Source: Tubulanus polymorphus (lineage: Eukaryota; Animalia; Nemertea). Taken from it: a stretch of DNA of 64,000 bases. A model generated the notes under the pieces. The model saw only the letters and a list, made by a program, of their open reading frames with translations. It had not been told where the DNA came from and did not search any database. Both the position numbers and the translations under genes were made by a program. Each line of letters begins with the position of its first letter. Positions within the stretch are counted from its first letter, which is position 1. Shown piece by piece: positions 1 through 13,824 of this stretch. The DNA lies in NCBI RefSeq assembly GCF_964204645.1, contig NC_134036.1, forward strand, positions 9,961,859 to 10,025,858, in the 5' to 3' direction.

Positions 1-2425
1 TATCCAGAGTGCTTAGTAAGAGTTTGGACTTCTCCCTCATTTTTTCAATCATGAAATCTCTTAGTAGCTTCAGATCATTTGTAACCGGAATCAACGGTAC
101 TTTTTTCATCTTTTCTTTGACGATTTTCTTGGTTCCGACAGAATTCACACGGAAGTTCCACTCTGATTCAAAAAGAAGCTTAAATGCTTTGGCTTTTTCA
201 CATTGGGTATTTCCATCTTCTAATCTCAAATACATGCCAATTTTAATCAAAATTACATGGCTCAAAATATTTCCGATATAGCTACACAGCGAAAATGCTT
301 GTTTTTCTTTCGAAAATGCCAATGACTTAGTGGTTTTAACAACTAGGTCAAATTTTGCCGGATCAATCAGTTCATTTAACGTAATGTTGGCTTCATGTTT
401 ACATGCTTCTTGGACTAACCGAGCCAATGTGCGTGCACAAGCACTTACCCGATGCATGTCGTTTAATTTCCTATCATCTCTATCACCGAGCGATTCGACT
501 CGTAGACTGGAATATCTCCTAATAAGTTCGTCATTCATTACAATCTCCTTTATGCCATCGTCTCTCATACGCTCCAGCATTTGCGCTAGAAATTGGTCAC
601 TTTCATTATTATTTCCAAAGACTGCACTTAAGAGTAGTGACCTGCCTCTTCTTACGGCATTCGCTGATCTAGCTTCTTCAGTGCCATTATCTATATCTCT
701 TTGAATAGATAAGTGTCTTAAGGCTGCTTCACATCGCTTAACATGCAACCACAGTGTTGATTTATGTATAAACTTTTTACAGTATTCGCAAGGCAGGTAT
801 TCATGTGGTGGTCCTTGACCTTTATCACGAGACGATCGACGGGCGATAACAAGGTAACCATTTCCTGTTTCGAGCACTTCACAATTGTGGTTAAAATTAC
901 CCTCATTTGCAAGCATATTTAGCTGAAAAATCCGTTCTTTCGACTGCTTCGGCATTAATAGGATGCTGTATACTCTTGGTTGATCTTTGTGAGCAGCGAG
1001 TAAGTGGCGCGATATCTTACTCTTTATTCCTTTTTTACAGAATACACAATAGCTAACTTTATCATATACCTGTTTCTTCCCAGGTTTTACTTTGTTTTTT
1101 TCAGAGATTGATACTTTAGCAGGGGAAGTAGGCTTGACCTTAGCGCAAATACTATGCGACAGGTGATCCATTGATGGTTCTAGTGGGAATTTAGATACAT
1201 CAAGAAAAGGAATAACATCAGATTCAGCATCTGAAATCGAACTGTCTTCCATATCTTCACTGTCATTGGAAAAGTCATCTACGTTAAAATCTGAGTCATT
1301 CTCATCTGAAGGCGAGGAATCCAAGTCGTTGTTATTAAAATCAATCTCATCAGTATCAATGGAGGGTTCTTCTGCAGGGAGTTGAATGGGTTCCACCACA
1401 AGACTTGCTTTGCAGGTGTCAACTGGGAAAGGAAGACATGATTCTTTCGTACAACTGTTTTCACAGGCGTCAACTAAGGAAACTGGACAGGATTCTACCA
1501 AATGACTGTCATCGCAGGGCTCAACTGCAGGAAGGTGACAGGATTCTAGCTTAAGCCGCTTTTTGGAGGGCTCAACTGTGGAAAGTTCACAGGATTCAAC
1601 CAGACGACTGTGTTTGCAGGCCATAGCTGCAGCAAGTTGACAAGAATCTACCATATGACCTTCTCCACAGGCGTCAACGGATCGAACTTGACAATATTCT
1701 ACCATACGACTGTCTTTGCAGGCCGTATCTGCAGGCGATTGACATGATTCTTCCATAGGACTGTCGTTGTAGTCTGCTACTGCGGGAAGGTGACAATAAT
1801 CTACCATACGACTGTCTTTGCAGGCTGTAACTGCAGGCGATGGACACAATTCTACCATACGACTGTTTTTGCAGTCTGCTACTGCTGGAAGCTGATAATA
1901 ATCTACCATACGACTCTCGTTGGAGGTGCAGTCAGCTACTGCTGGAAGCTGACAAAATTCTACCATAGGACTGTCTTTGCAGAGTGTAACTGCAGGCAAT
2001 TGACACAATTCTACCATACAACTGTTTTTGCAGTCCGCTACTACTGGAAGCTGACAATATTCTACCATAGGACTGTCTTTGCAGAGTGTAACTGCAGGCA
2101 ATTGACATGATTCTTCCATACAACTGTCTTTGCAGTCTTCTACTGCTGGACGTTGACAAAATTCTTCCATGCAACAGTACTTGCAGGCCGTAACAGAAGA
2201 AAGTTGACAAGGATCTACCATACAACCTCCTTCGCAGGCGTCAACGGATGGAACTTGACAAGATTCTACCATACGACTGTCTTTGCAGGCTGTAACTGCA
2301 GGCGATTGACACAATTCTACCACACGACTGTTTTTGCCATCTGCTCCTGCTGGACGTTGATAAGGTTCTACCATACGACTGTCTTTATAGGCCGTAACTG
2401 CAGGCGATTGACACAATTCTACCAT
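1..2425 (-). CDS. Open frame running off the window: last repeat units, acidic linker, Zn-finger and helical region of a SET-associated tyrosine recombinase-like protein
   Basis: Absent from the ORF track (no stop in window). Manual translation: YDKVSYCVFCKKGIKSKISRHLLAAH...LANEGNFNHN...YLPCEYCKKFIHKSTLWLHVKRC...FKLLFESEWNFRVNS...VPLIPVTNDLKLLRDF. From recall, this pattern precedes the YR catalytic domain in this family; the catalytic residues themselves are not in the window. Confidence 0.72.
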   Translation of the reverse strand, partial: MVELCQSPAVTAYKDSRMVEPYQRPAGADGKNSRVVELCQSPAVTACKDSRMVESCQVPSVDACEGGCMVDPCQLSSVTACKYCCMEEFCQRPAVEDCKDSCMEESCQLPAVTLCKDSPMVEYCQLPVVADCKNSCMVELCQLPAVTLCKDSPMVEFCQLPAVADCTSNESRMVDYYQLPAVADCKNSRMVELCPSPAVTACKDSRMVDYCHLPAVADYNDSPMEESCQSPADTACKDSRMVEYCQVRSVDACGEGHMVDSCQLAAAMACKHSRLVESCELSTVEPSKKRLKLESCHLPAVEPCDDSHLVESCPVSLVDACENSCTKESCLPFPVDTCKASLVVEPIQLPAEEPSIDTDEIDFNNNDLDSSPSDENDSDFNVDDFSNDSEDMEDSSISDAESDVIPFLDVSKFPLEPSMDHLSHSICAKVKPTSPAKVSISEKNKVKPGKKQVYDKVSYCVFCKKGIKSKISRHLLAAHKDQPRVYSILLMPKQSKERIFQLNMLANEGNFNHNCEVLETGNGYLVIARRSSRDKGQGPPHEYLPCEYCKKFIHKSTLWLHVKRCEAALRHLSIQRDIDNGTEEARSANAVRRGRSLLLSAVFGNNNESDQFLAQMLERMRDDGIKEIVMNDELIRRYSSLRVESLGDRDDRKLNDMHRVSACARTLARLVQEACKHEANITLNELIDPAKFDLVVKTTKSLAFSKEKQAFSLCSYIGNILSHVILIKIGMYLRLEDGNTQCEKAKAFKLLFESEWNFRVNSVGTKKIVKEKMKKVPLIPVTNDLKLLRDFMIEKMREKSKLLLSTLD

Positions 2426-5400
2426 TCGAACTGTTTTTGCCATCTGCTACTGCTGGACGTTGATAAGGTTCTACAATTCGACTGTCTTTGCAATCTGTAA
2501 CTGCAGGCGGTGGACACGATTCTTCCATAGGACATTTTTTGCATGCAGTGACTGCATGAAGCAGATATGATTCTTCCATACGACTGTTTTTGCAGTCTGC
2601 TACTGCTGGAAGCTGACAATATTCTACCATAGGGCTATCTTAGCAGGGTGTAACTGCAGGCAATTGACACAATTCTACCATACAAGTGTTTTTGCAGGCT
2701 GTTACTGCTGGAAGCTGACAATATTCTACCATAGAACTGTCTGTGCAGGCTGTTACTGCAGGCGGTTGACATGATTCTCCCATACGACTGTCTTTGGAGT
2801 CTTCTACTGCTGGACGTTGACAAATTTCTCCCACGGGACTGTCCTTGCAGGCCGTAACAGAAGAAAGTTGACAAGGATCTACCATTCGACCTTCTTCGCA
2901 GGCGTCAACAGATGGAACTTGACAAGATTCTACCATACAACTGTTTTTGCAGGCCGTAACTGCAGGCGATGGACACAATTCTACCATCCGACTGTTTTTG
3001 CATGCAGTAATTGCAGGAAGCTGATATGATTCTTCCATACGACTGTTTTTGCAGTCAGCTACTGATGGAAGTTGACAATATTCTACCATACGACTGTCTT
3101 TGCAGGCTCTAACTGCAGGCCATGGACACAATTCTACCATACGACTGTTTTTGCCATCTGCTACTGCTGGACACTGATAAGGTTCTACCATATGACTGTC
3201 TTTGCAGGCTGTAACTGCAGGCGATGGACACAATTCTACCATATGACTGTTTTTGCCATCTGCTACTGCTGGAAGCTGACAATATTCTACCATAGGACTG
3301 TCTTTGCAGGCTGTAACTGCAGGCAATTGACACAATTCTAACATACAACTGTTTTTGCCATCTGCTACTGCTGGACGTTGATAAGGTTCTACCATACGAC
3401 TGTCTTTGCACGCTGTTACTGCAGGCGATGGACACGATTCTTCCATAGGACTGTTTTTGCATGCAGTAACTGCAGGAAGCTGATATGATTCTTCCATACG
3501 ACTGTTTTTGCAGTTAGCTACTGCTGGAAGTTGACAAAATTCTACCATGCAACTGTCCTTGCAGGCCGTAACAGCAGGAAGTTGACAAGACTCTACCATA
3601 CGACTGTTTTTGCCATCTGCTACTGCTTGACATTGATAAGGTTCTACCATATGACTGTCTTTGCAGGCTGTAACTGCAGGCGATGGACACAATTCTACCA
3701 TATGACTGTTTTTGCCATCTGCTACTGCTGGAAGCTGACAATATTCTACCATAGGACTTTCTTTGCAGGCTGTAACTGCAGGCAATTGAGACAATTCTAA
3801 CATACAACTGTTTTTGCCATCTGCTACTGCTGGACGTTGATAAGGTTCTACCATACGACTGTCTTTGCAGGCTGTTACTGCAGGCGATGGACACGATTCT
3901 TCCATAGGACTGTTTATGCATGCAGTAACTGCAGGAAGCTGATATGATTCTTCCATACGACTGTTTTTGCAGTTAGCTACTGCTGGAAGTTGACAAAATT
4001 CTACCATGCAACTGTCCTTGCAGGCCGTAACAGCAGGAAGTTGACAAGACTCTACCATACGACTGTTTTTGCCATCTGCTACCGCTTGACATTGATAAGG
4101 TTCTACCATACGACTGTCTTTGCAGGCTGTAACTGCAGGCGATGGACACAATTCTATCATACGACTGTTTTTGCCATCTGTTACTGCTGGACGTTGATAA
4201 GGTTCTACTATACGACTGTCTTTGCAGGCTGTTACTGCAGGCGATGGACACGATTCTTCCATACGACTGTTTTTACTGTCAGTAACTGCAGGAAGCTGAT
4301 ATGATTCTTCCATACGACTGTTTTTGCAGTCTGCTACTGCTGTAAGCTGACAATATTCTACCAGAGGACTGTCTGTGCAGGCTGTTACTGCAGGCAATTG
4401 ACACAATTCTACCATACAACTGTTTTTGCAGGCTGTTGCTGCTGGAAGCTGACAATATTCTAACATACGACTGTCTTTGCAGGCTGTAACTGCAGGCAAT
4501 TGACATGATTCTTCCATACGACTGTCTTTGCAGTCAGCTACTGCTGGAAGTTGACAAAATTCTACCATACGACTGTTTTTGCACGCAGTAACTGCAGGAA
4601 GCTGATATGATTCTTCCATACCATTGTCTTTGCAGTCTTCTACTGCTGGAAGTTGACAAAATACAACCAGGTGAATGTCCTTGCAGGCATAAACGGATGG
4701 AAGTCGACAATATTCTACCATAGGACTGTCTTTGCAGGCTCTAACTGCAGCCGGTGGACATGATTCTTCCATACGACTGTTTTTGCCATCTGCTACTGCT
4801 GGACGTTGATAAGGTTCTACCATACGACTGTCTTTGCTGGCTGTTACTGCAGGCGGTGGACACAATTCTTCCATAGGAATGTTTTTGCACGCAGTAACTG
4901 CAGGATGCTGATATGATTCTTCCATACGACTGTTTTTGCAGTCAGCTACTGCTGGAAGTTGACAAAATTCTACCATGCGACTGTCCTTGCAGGCCGTAAC
5001 AGCAGGAAATGGACAAGACTCTACCATACGACTGTTTTTGCCATCTGCTACTGCTGGACATTGATAAGGTTCTACCATACGACTGTTTTTGCAGGCCGTA
5101 ACTGCAAGCGATTGACATGATTCTTCCATACGACTGTCGTTGCAGTCTGCTATTGCTCGAAGCTGACAATATTCTACCATACGACTGGCTTTGCAGGCCG
5201 TAACTGCAGGCGATGGACATGATTCTACCATACAACTGTTTTTGTCAGCTGCTACTGCTGGACATTGATAAGGTTCTACCATACAACTGTCTTTGCAGAC
5301 TGGTACTGCAGGCGGTGGATTAGGTTCTTCCGTAGGACTGTTTTTGCACGCAGAAACTGCAGGAAGCAGATATGATTCTTCCAAACGACTGTTTTTGCAG

Positions 5401-8400
5401 TCAGCTACTGCTGGAAGTTGATTTGTTGAAATTCGACCATGCGACTGTCTTTGCAGGCCGTAACAGCAGGAAGTTGACAAGAATCTACCAAACGACCTTC
5501 TCCACAGGCGTCAACGGAGGGAACTTGACAAGAATCTACTATATGACTGTCTTTGCAGGCGGTAACTGCAGGCGATTGACATGATTCTACCATACGACGG
5601 TTTTTGCAGTCTGCTACTGCTGGACGTTGATAAGGTTCTACCATACAACTGTCTTTGCAGACTGGTACTGCAGGCGATGGATCAGATTATTCCATAGGAC
5701 TGTTTTTGCAGTCTGCTACTGCTGGAAGCTGACAATAATCTACCATACGACTGTTTTTGCACGCAGTAACTGCAGGAAGAAAATATGATTCTTCCATACG
5801 ACTGTTTTTGCAGTCTGCTACTGCTGGAAGCTGACAATATTCTACCATAGGACTGTCTGTGCAGGTTGTAACTGCAGGCGATGGACACAATTCTACCATA
5901 CGACTGTTTTTGCATCTGCTACTGCTGGACGTTGATAAGGTTCTACCATATGACTGTCTTTGCAGGCTCTTACTGCGGGCGGTGGATGGGATTCTTTCAT
6001 AGGACTGTTTTTGCAGTCAGCTTCTGCTGGAAGTTGACAAAATTCGACCATGCGACTGTCTTTGCAGGCCGTAACAGCAGGAAGTTGACAAGAATCTACC
6101 AAACGACCTTCTCCACAGGCGTCAATGGACGGAACTTGACCAGAATCTACCATATGACTGTCTTTGCAGGCCCTAACTGCAGGCGATTGACATGATTCTT
6201 CCATACGACTGTTTTTGCAGTCAGCTACTGCTGGAAGTTGACAATATTCGACCATACGGCTGTCTCTGCAGGCTGTAACTGCAGGCGATGGACACAATTC
6301 TACCATACGACTGTTTTTGCCATCTGCTACTGCTGGACGTTGAAAAGGTTCTACCATAGGACTGTCATTGCAGGCTGTAACTGCAGGCGATTGACACAAT
6401 TCTACCATACGACTGTTTTTGCATGCAGTAACTGTAGGAAGCAGATATGATTCTTCAATACGACTGTTTTTGCAGTCTGCTACTGCTGGAAGCTGACAAT
6501 ATTCTACCATAGGACTGTCTGTGCAGGCTGTTACTGCAGGCGGTTGACATGATTCTTCCATACGACTGTCTGTGCAGTCTTCTACTGCAGGCGGTTGGCA
6601 TGATTCTTCCATACGACTGTCTGTGCAGTCTTCTACTGCAGGCAGTTGACATGATTCTTCCATACGACTGTTTTTGCCATCAGCTACTGCTGGAAGTTGA
6701 CAAAATTCTACCATGCAACTGTCCTTGCAGGCCGTAACAGCAGGAAGTTGACAAGACTCTACCATACGACTGTTTTTGCCATCTGCTACCGCTTGACATT
6801 GATAAGGCTCTACCATACGACTGTCTTTGCAGGCTGTAACTGCAGGCGATGGACACAATTCTACCATATGACTGTTTTTGCAGTCTGCTACTGCTGGAAG
6901 CTGACAATATTCTACCATAGGACTGTCTGTGCAGGCTGTTACTGCAGGCGGTTGACATGATTCTTCCATACGACTGTCTGTGCAGTCTTCTACTGCAGGC
7001 GGTTGACATGATTCTTCCATACGACTGTCTGTGCAGTCTTCTACTGCAGGCAGTTGACATGATTCTTCCATACGACTGTTTTTGCCATCAGCTACTGCTG
7101 GAAGTTGACAAAATTCTACCATGCAACTGTCCTTGCAGGCCGTAACAGCAGGAAGTTGACAAGACTCTACCATACGACTGTTTTTGCCATCTGCTACCGC
7201 TTGACATTGATAAGGCTCTACCATACGACTGTCTTTGCAGGCTGTAACTGCAGGCAATCGACACAATTCTACCATACGACTGTTTTTGCAGTCTGCTACT
7301 GCTGGAAGCTGACAATATTCTACCATAGGACTGTCTGTGCAGGCTGTTACTGCAGGCGGTTGACATGATTCTTCCATACGACTGTCTGTGCAGTCTTCTA
7401 CTGCAGGCGGTTGACATGATTCTTCCATACGACTGTTTTTGCCATCAGCTACTGCTGGAAGTTGACAAAATTCTACCATGCAACTGTCCTTGCAGGCCGT
7501 AACAGCAGGAAGTTGACAAGACTCTACCATACGACTGTTTTTGCCATCTGCTACCGCTTGACATTGATAAGGCTCTACCATACGACTGTCTTTGCAGGCT
7601 GTAACTGAAGGCGATGGACACAATTCTACCATACGACTGTTTTTGCAGTCTGCTACTGCTGGAAGCTGACAATATTCTACCATAGGACTGTCTGTGCAGG
7701 CTGTTACTGCAGGCGGTTGACATGATTCTTCCATACGACTGTCTGTGCAGTCTTCTACTGCAGGAAGTTGACATGATTCTTCCATACGACTGTTTTTGCC
7801 ATCAGCTACTGCTGGAAGTTGACAAAATTCTACCATGCAACTGTCCTTGCAGGCCGTAACAGCAGGAAGTTGACAAGACTCTACCATACGACTGTTTTTG
7901 CCATCTGCTACCGCTTGACATTGATAAGGCTCTACCATACGACTGTCTTTGCAGGCTGTAACTGAAGGCGATGGACACAATTCTACCATACGACTGTTTT
8001 TGCAGTCTGCTACTGCTGGAAGCTGACAATATTCTACCATAGGACTGTCTGTGCAGGCTGTTACTGCAGGCGGTTGACATGATTCTTCCATACGACTGTC
8101 TGTGCAGTCTTCTACTGCAGGCAATTGACATGATTCTTCCATACGACTGTTTTTGCCATCAGCTACTGCTGGAAGTTGACAAAATTCTACCATGCAACTG
8201 TCCTTGCAGGCCGTAACAGCAGGAAGTTGACAAGACTCTACCATACGACTGTTTTTGCCATCTGCTACCGCTTGACATTGATAAGGCTCTACCATACGAC
8301 TGTCTTTGCAGGCTGTAACTGCAGGCGATGGACACAATTCTACCATACGACTGTTTTTGCAGTCTGCTACTGCTGGAAGCTGACAATATTCTACCATAGG

Positions 8401-11400
8401 ACTGTCTGTGCAGGCTGTTACTGCAGGCGGTTGACATGATTCTTCCATACGACTGTCTGTGCAGTCTTCTACTGCAGGCGGTTGACATGATTCTTCCATA
8501 CGACTGTTTTTGCCATCAGCTACTGCTGGAAGTTGACAAAATTCTACCATGCAACTGTCCTTGCAGGCCGTCACAGCAGGAAGTTGACAAGACTCTACCA
8601 TACGACTGTTTTTGCCATCTGCTACCGCTTGACATTGATAAGGCTCTACCATACAACTTTCTTTGCAGGCTGTAACTGCAGGCGATCGACACAATTCTAC
8701 CATACGACTGTTTTTGCAGTCTGCTACTGCTGGAAGCTGACAATATTCTACCATAGGACTGTCTGTGCAGGCTGTTACTGCAGGCGGTTGACATGATTCT
8801 TCCATACGACTGTCTGTGCAGTCTTCTACTGCAGGCGGTTGACATGATTCTTCCATACGACTGTTTTTGCCATCAGCTACTGCTGTAAGTTGACAAAATT
8901 CTACCATGCAACTGTCCTTGCAGGCCGTAACAACATGAAGTTGACAAGACTCTACCATACGACTGTTTTTGCCATCTGCTACCGCTTGACATTGATAAGG
9001 CTCTACCATACGACTGTCTGTGCAGGCTGTAACTGAAGGCGATGGACACAATTCTACCATACGACTGTTTTTGCAGTCTGCTACTGCTGGAAGCTGACAA
9101 TATTCTACCATAGGACTGTCTGTGCAGGCTGTTACTGCAGGCGGTTGACATGATTCTTCCATACGACTGTCTGTGCAGTCTTCTACTGCAGGCAGTTGAC
9201 ATGATTCTTCCATACGACTGTTTTTGCCATCAGCTACTGCTGGAAGTTGACAAAATTCTACCATGCAACTGTCCTTGCAGGCCGTAACAGCAGGAAGTTG
9301 ACAAGACTCTTCCATACGACTGTTTTTGCCATCTGCTACCGCTTGACATTGATAAGGCTCTACCATACGACTGTCTTTGCAGGCTGTAACTGCAGGCGAT
9401 GGACACAATTCTACCATACGACTGTTTTTGCAGTCTGCTACTGCTGGAAGCTGACAATATTCTACCATAGGACTGTCTGTGCAGGCTGTTACTGCAGGCG
9501 GTTGACATGATTCTTCCCTACGACTGTCTGTGCAGTCTTCTACTGCAGGCAGTTGACATGATTCTTCCATACGACTGTTTTTGCCATCAGCTACTGCGGG
9601 AAGTTGACAAAATTCTACCATGCAACTGTCCTTGCAGGCCGTAACAGCAGGGAGTTGACAAGACTCTACCATACGACTGTTTTTGCCATCTGCTACCGCT
9701 TGACATTGATAAGGCTCTACCATACGACTGTCTTTGCAGGCTGTAACTGCAGGCGATGGACACAATTCTACCATACGACTGTTTTTGCAGTCTGCTACTG
9801 CTGGAAGCTGACAATATTCTACCATAGGACTGTCTGTGCAGGCTGTTACTGCAGGCGGTTGACATGATTCTTCAATAGAACCGTCTTTGAAGGCCATAAC
9901 CGCAGGAAGATGACAAGATTCTTCCATACGACCTTCTCCACATGCGTCAACAGAAAGAATGTGAGAAGATTCAATCAGACTGTTTTTGCAGGTCTCAGCC
10001 AAAACATCGGGGAGTTTGCAGGATTTTTCCATACAACTACTTTTGCAGTCTGCTCCTGCTGGAAGTTGACGAGATTCTACCATACCACTTGCGCCACAGG
10101 CGCGAACTGACAGAAGTTGACAGGATTCAACCCTTAAACCGTTTTTGCAGGCTTCAACAGCGGGAAGATAAGAGGATTCAACCATATGACCTTCTCTCCA
10201 GGCGTCGACAGAAGTTGACAGGATTCAACTTTTAAACTGTTTTTGCAGTCTACTACTGCTGGACGTTGATAAGGTTCTACCATACGACTGTCTTTGCAGG
10301 CCGTAACTGCAAGAGATTGACATGATTCTTCCATACGACTGTTTTTGCAGTCTGCTACTGCTGGAAGCTGACAATATTCTACCATACGACTGTTTTTGCC
10401 ATCTGCTACTGCTGGACGTTGAAAAGGTTCTACCATACGACTGTCTTTGCAATCTGTAACTGCAGGCGATTGACACAATTCTACCATACGACTGTTTTTG
10501 CAGTCTTCTACTGCTGGAAGCTGACATGATTCTTCCATACGACGGTCTGTGCAGGCTGTTACTGCAGGCGGTTGACATGATTCTTCCATATGACTGTCTG
10601 TGCAGTCTGCTACTGCTGGAAGCTGACAATATTCTACCATAGGACTGTCTGTGCAGGCTGTTACTGCAGGCGGTTGACATGATTCTTCCATACGACGGTG
10701 TGTGCAGGCTGTTACTGCAGGCGGTTGACATGATTCTTCCATACGACTGTTTTTGCATGCAGTAACTGTAGGAAGCAGATATGATTCTTCCATACGACTG
10801 TCTTTGCAGTCAGCTACTGCTGGAAACTGACAATATTCTACCATAGGACTGTCTGTGCAGGCTGTTACTGCAGGCGGTTGACATGATTCTTCCATACGAC
10901 TGTCTTTGCAGTCTGCTACTGCTGGAAGCTGACAATATTCTACCATAGGATTGTCTGTGCAGTCTGTTACTGCAGGCGGTTGACATGATTCTTCCATACG
11001 ACTGTTTTTGCAGTCTGCTACTGCTGGAAGCTGACAATATTCTACCATAGGACTGTCTGTGCAGGCTGTTACTGCAGGCGGTTGACATGATTCTTCCATA
11101 CGACTGTCTGTGCAGTCTGTTACTGCAGGCGGTTGACATGATTCTTCAATAGTATCGTCTTTGAAGGCCATAACCGCACGAAGATGACAAGATTCTACCA
11201 TACGACCTTCTCCACATGCGTTAACAGAAAGAATGTGAGAAGATTCAATCAGACTGTTTTTGCAGGTCTCAGCCAAAACATCGGGGAGTTCGCAGGATTT
11301 TTCCATACAACTACTTTTGCAGTCTGCTCCTGCTGGGTGTTGACAAGATTCTACCATACCACTTACTCCACAGGCGCGAACTGACAGAAGTTGACAGGAT

Positions 11401-11520
11401 TCAACCCTTAAACCGTTTTTGCAGGCTTCAACAGCGGGAAGATAAGAGGATTCAACCATATGACCTTCTCTCCAGGCGTCGACGGACGGACTGTTTTTAC
11501 AGGCCGTAACTGCAGAATCT
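1450..11520 (-). repeat. Coding 51-bp minisatellite, roughly 195 units, encoding 17-aa Cys-rich repeats (approx. MVEYCQLPAVADCKNSR)
   Basis: 51-nt periodicity of ...ctaccatacgactgt...; long minus ORFs 2640-5480, 5893-10185 and 10134-11459; higher-order periods of 357, 408 and 459 bp. Confidence 0.97.
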
Positions 11521-12816
11521 TGGCGGGATTGTACTGTATCATTCTCTCTGGAGGGCTGAACCGAGAAACAAACTCTTGGTGGTCCCTCTACCTATCAATA
11601 TTACAGATATCAAAATGCATAAGAAATCGGGTAGTAGTTTAAGTGTACGTACGTACATGGCAGTGAATAAATAATTAAAAGGTTATAGTAAGCAATTATA
11701 TGGATTTCCCAAGTTCCCAGGGGGTCCACGGGCCTCGAGTTTGTATAATTCATTAACACAAGGAAGGAGGCGTAGACCTTGGTTTCCTGAAACTGTGAAA
11801 CTCCTTCAATGTATTGTTATACGGTCCTGCAAGCAGCTGTCAATTTGCTGACTGAAAACCCCCTCAGACAATCACTGTTCGGACTTCGAAATCCGGGTGA
11901 ACACATTTTTTGCAAATGGTGAATGGATGATCTTGTTTTGGGAAAATGCATACAGACGGCAGGTTGATAGCTTCATTAGTTTCTAGTTCTCACATCTGAT
12001 GCTGCAACTAATATGGTAAACTCGATATGATAAATAGTCTATTATAAACCAGACTGTTCCTTGTAAAATCGTTATATATTTCTATATGAAACTGATTTAC
12101 AGACATGTTGGGTCTTTCAAATTAAGTATTTAGATATCTATATGTTCCGCATACATAATTACCATAGTAAATATAGGCCTATACAGTCAAACCCTGTAAG
12201 GACGATTCGGGTTTTAACAAAACCTTAGAGATACGATGAAGTACATAAGGCCCCAAGAGGCAAAATGTCAACATTCGCTTTTCATAAACGATGCAATCTG
12301 TGGGTTACATTCGTCAAAGAATACACTCCTGGCACAATTGTGTTTTACACAGTACAATTGTGTTTTATAAGTACCGTAACAGTACTACCGAAGACAGGGA
12401 GATGGCAAGAACGAATACCTCGGATCAATATTTTGCATTTGTCATGGAATGTGGAATAAAATTAATTTGAATTTAGTGTAATTTTTTCCAATAAAATAAA
12501 ACTCAATTTGATTATTTTTGTTCAATAATATAAAAATTGACTTGGATTTTATATTTTTTGCCGTAGGTTGAATTTGCAATTCGAGTACATAGAAAATCTG
12601 TATAACAAGTTTCCACTGTATTGGAAGCATCAAACTCATATGCACTACATGAGAGATCAATACTCAATTGGACCGCAATATTGGTAGTCAATGATGTTTA
12701 ATAGCCCAGTATTTTCCATATCAGAGATAGAAATAACCATGGGAATTTGAAAAAAAGTCCTTTTGGGTCCCTCAAACTGCGGATTTCCCTATGTTCAACA
12801 ACTAATACATTCCCTA

Positions 12817-13093
12817 TGCCTTTTTTTAATAGCTTGGTTTACGGGATAGACCAATTAAAATATTCTTTTGGCGGAGGAAATAAAAAAAAAATTCCCTCAG
12901 TGAGATAAAATCACTTTTTGAAGGAAGAGGGAACTGTCGATAGGGCAATATACCTATGTCCAAACACAAATGATTCTTGGAAAGTTCTAATTTTGCACAC
13001 TGTGATAAAAAAAGAAGCTTGTTCCACAGACGGGAATAAAAACTTTATTTGACTTTTCTTCAAATTTAGGGAGCCAAGCTATTAAAAAAGGCC
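12817..13093. mobile_element. Small MITE (PIF/Harbinger-ISL2EU-like ends) in an intron
   Basis: Inverted ends (t/g)gcctttttt(t)aatagcttgg ... ccaagctattaaaaaaggcc. Confidence 0.55.
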
Positions 13094-13824
13094 TTATTAT
13101 AGATTGTGCAGATTTATTGGGTCCCTAAGACTGAGACTAATAAATACATATTGGGCCCCTGGACTGTAGGAATCAAATACTTTAGATCAATCCTCCGAAC
13201 ACAATGCACAATTTATGCTGAATTAAATTAAAACTCTACAATACAAACTAGATCACGTAACTGGGTTGATTGTGCACGTGTGTGGTGCGTGTTTGTGAAC
13301 GTGATCTTTTGACAAACCTTCAGTTCAAATTAGTAAGTGAGACTGTAAAGGCTAAAACATTTGTCACAAAATAGTTGAAAAGATGTGTTTTTTACCTTGC
13401 TATAACTTCTTTTCACAGAACCACGAAGACTTTGTCTTCCTTAAAACAAACAAACAAACAAACAAACAAATAAACAAATGCGTGTATCAATGAAGTATAT
13501 ACCAGGGCCTGTTTGTGTAGCCCTAGTTAATGAACCAAGATCATGAGGCACCAGTGAAGTATTTTTACACATGTCACCTTGTTAGCAAAAGTTCTGGTAA
13601 TACTTCTGAATGTTTTCTTTTACCTATTGGCCAAGATAAATAGTACAGCCATGATTTGTCTTTAAATTGTTGCCTTTGTGGATTTTTGATATTGAGATAT
13701 AAAACAAGACAAGTTTTAAGTATGGCAATTCTGTATGTTGGCTGCATGAGACATATCAATCTGAGGTTGCACTGACACATGCCCATTAGAGAATAAACAT
13801 TTACTCGTCAGACATTATACATAC

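Noticed and set aside
1450-11520. CRISPR-like array, or the many short alternative-frame ORFs (YHTTVFA.., SYGRIL..)
   Set aside because: No unique spacers, eukaryotic context; the short ORFs are shadows of the 51-bp repeat
13578-13623. Possible extra exon of the SET gene (AG...GT bounded)
   Set aside because: Including it shifts phase and creates a stop in the next exon; 13825 splices in phase directly to 13439
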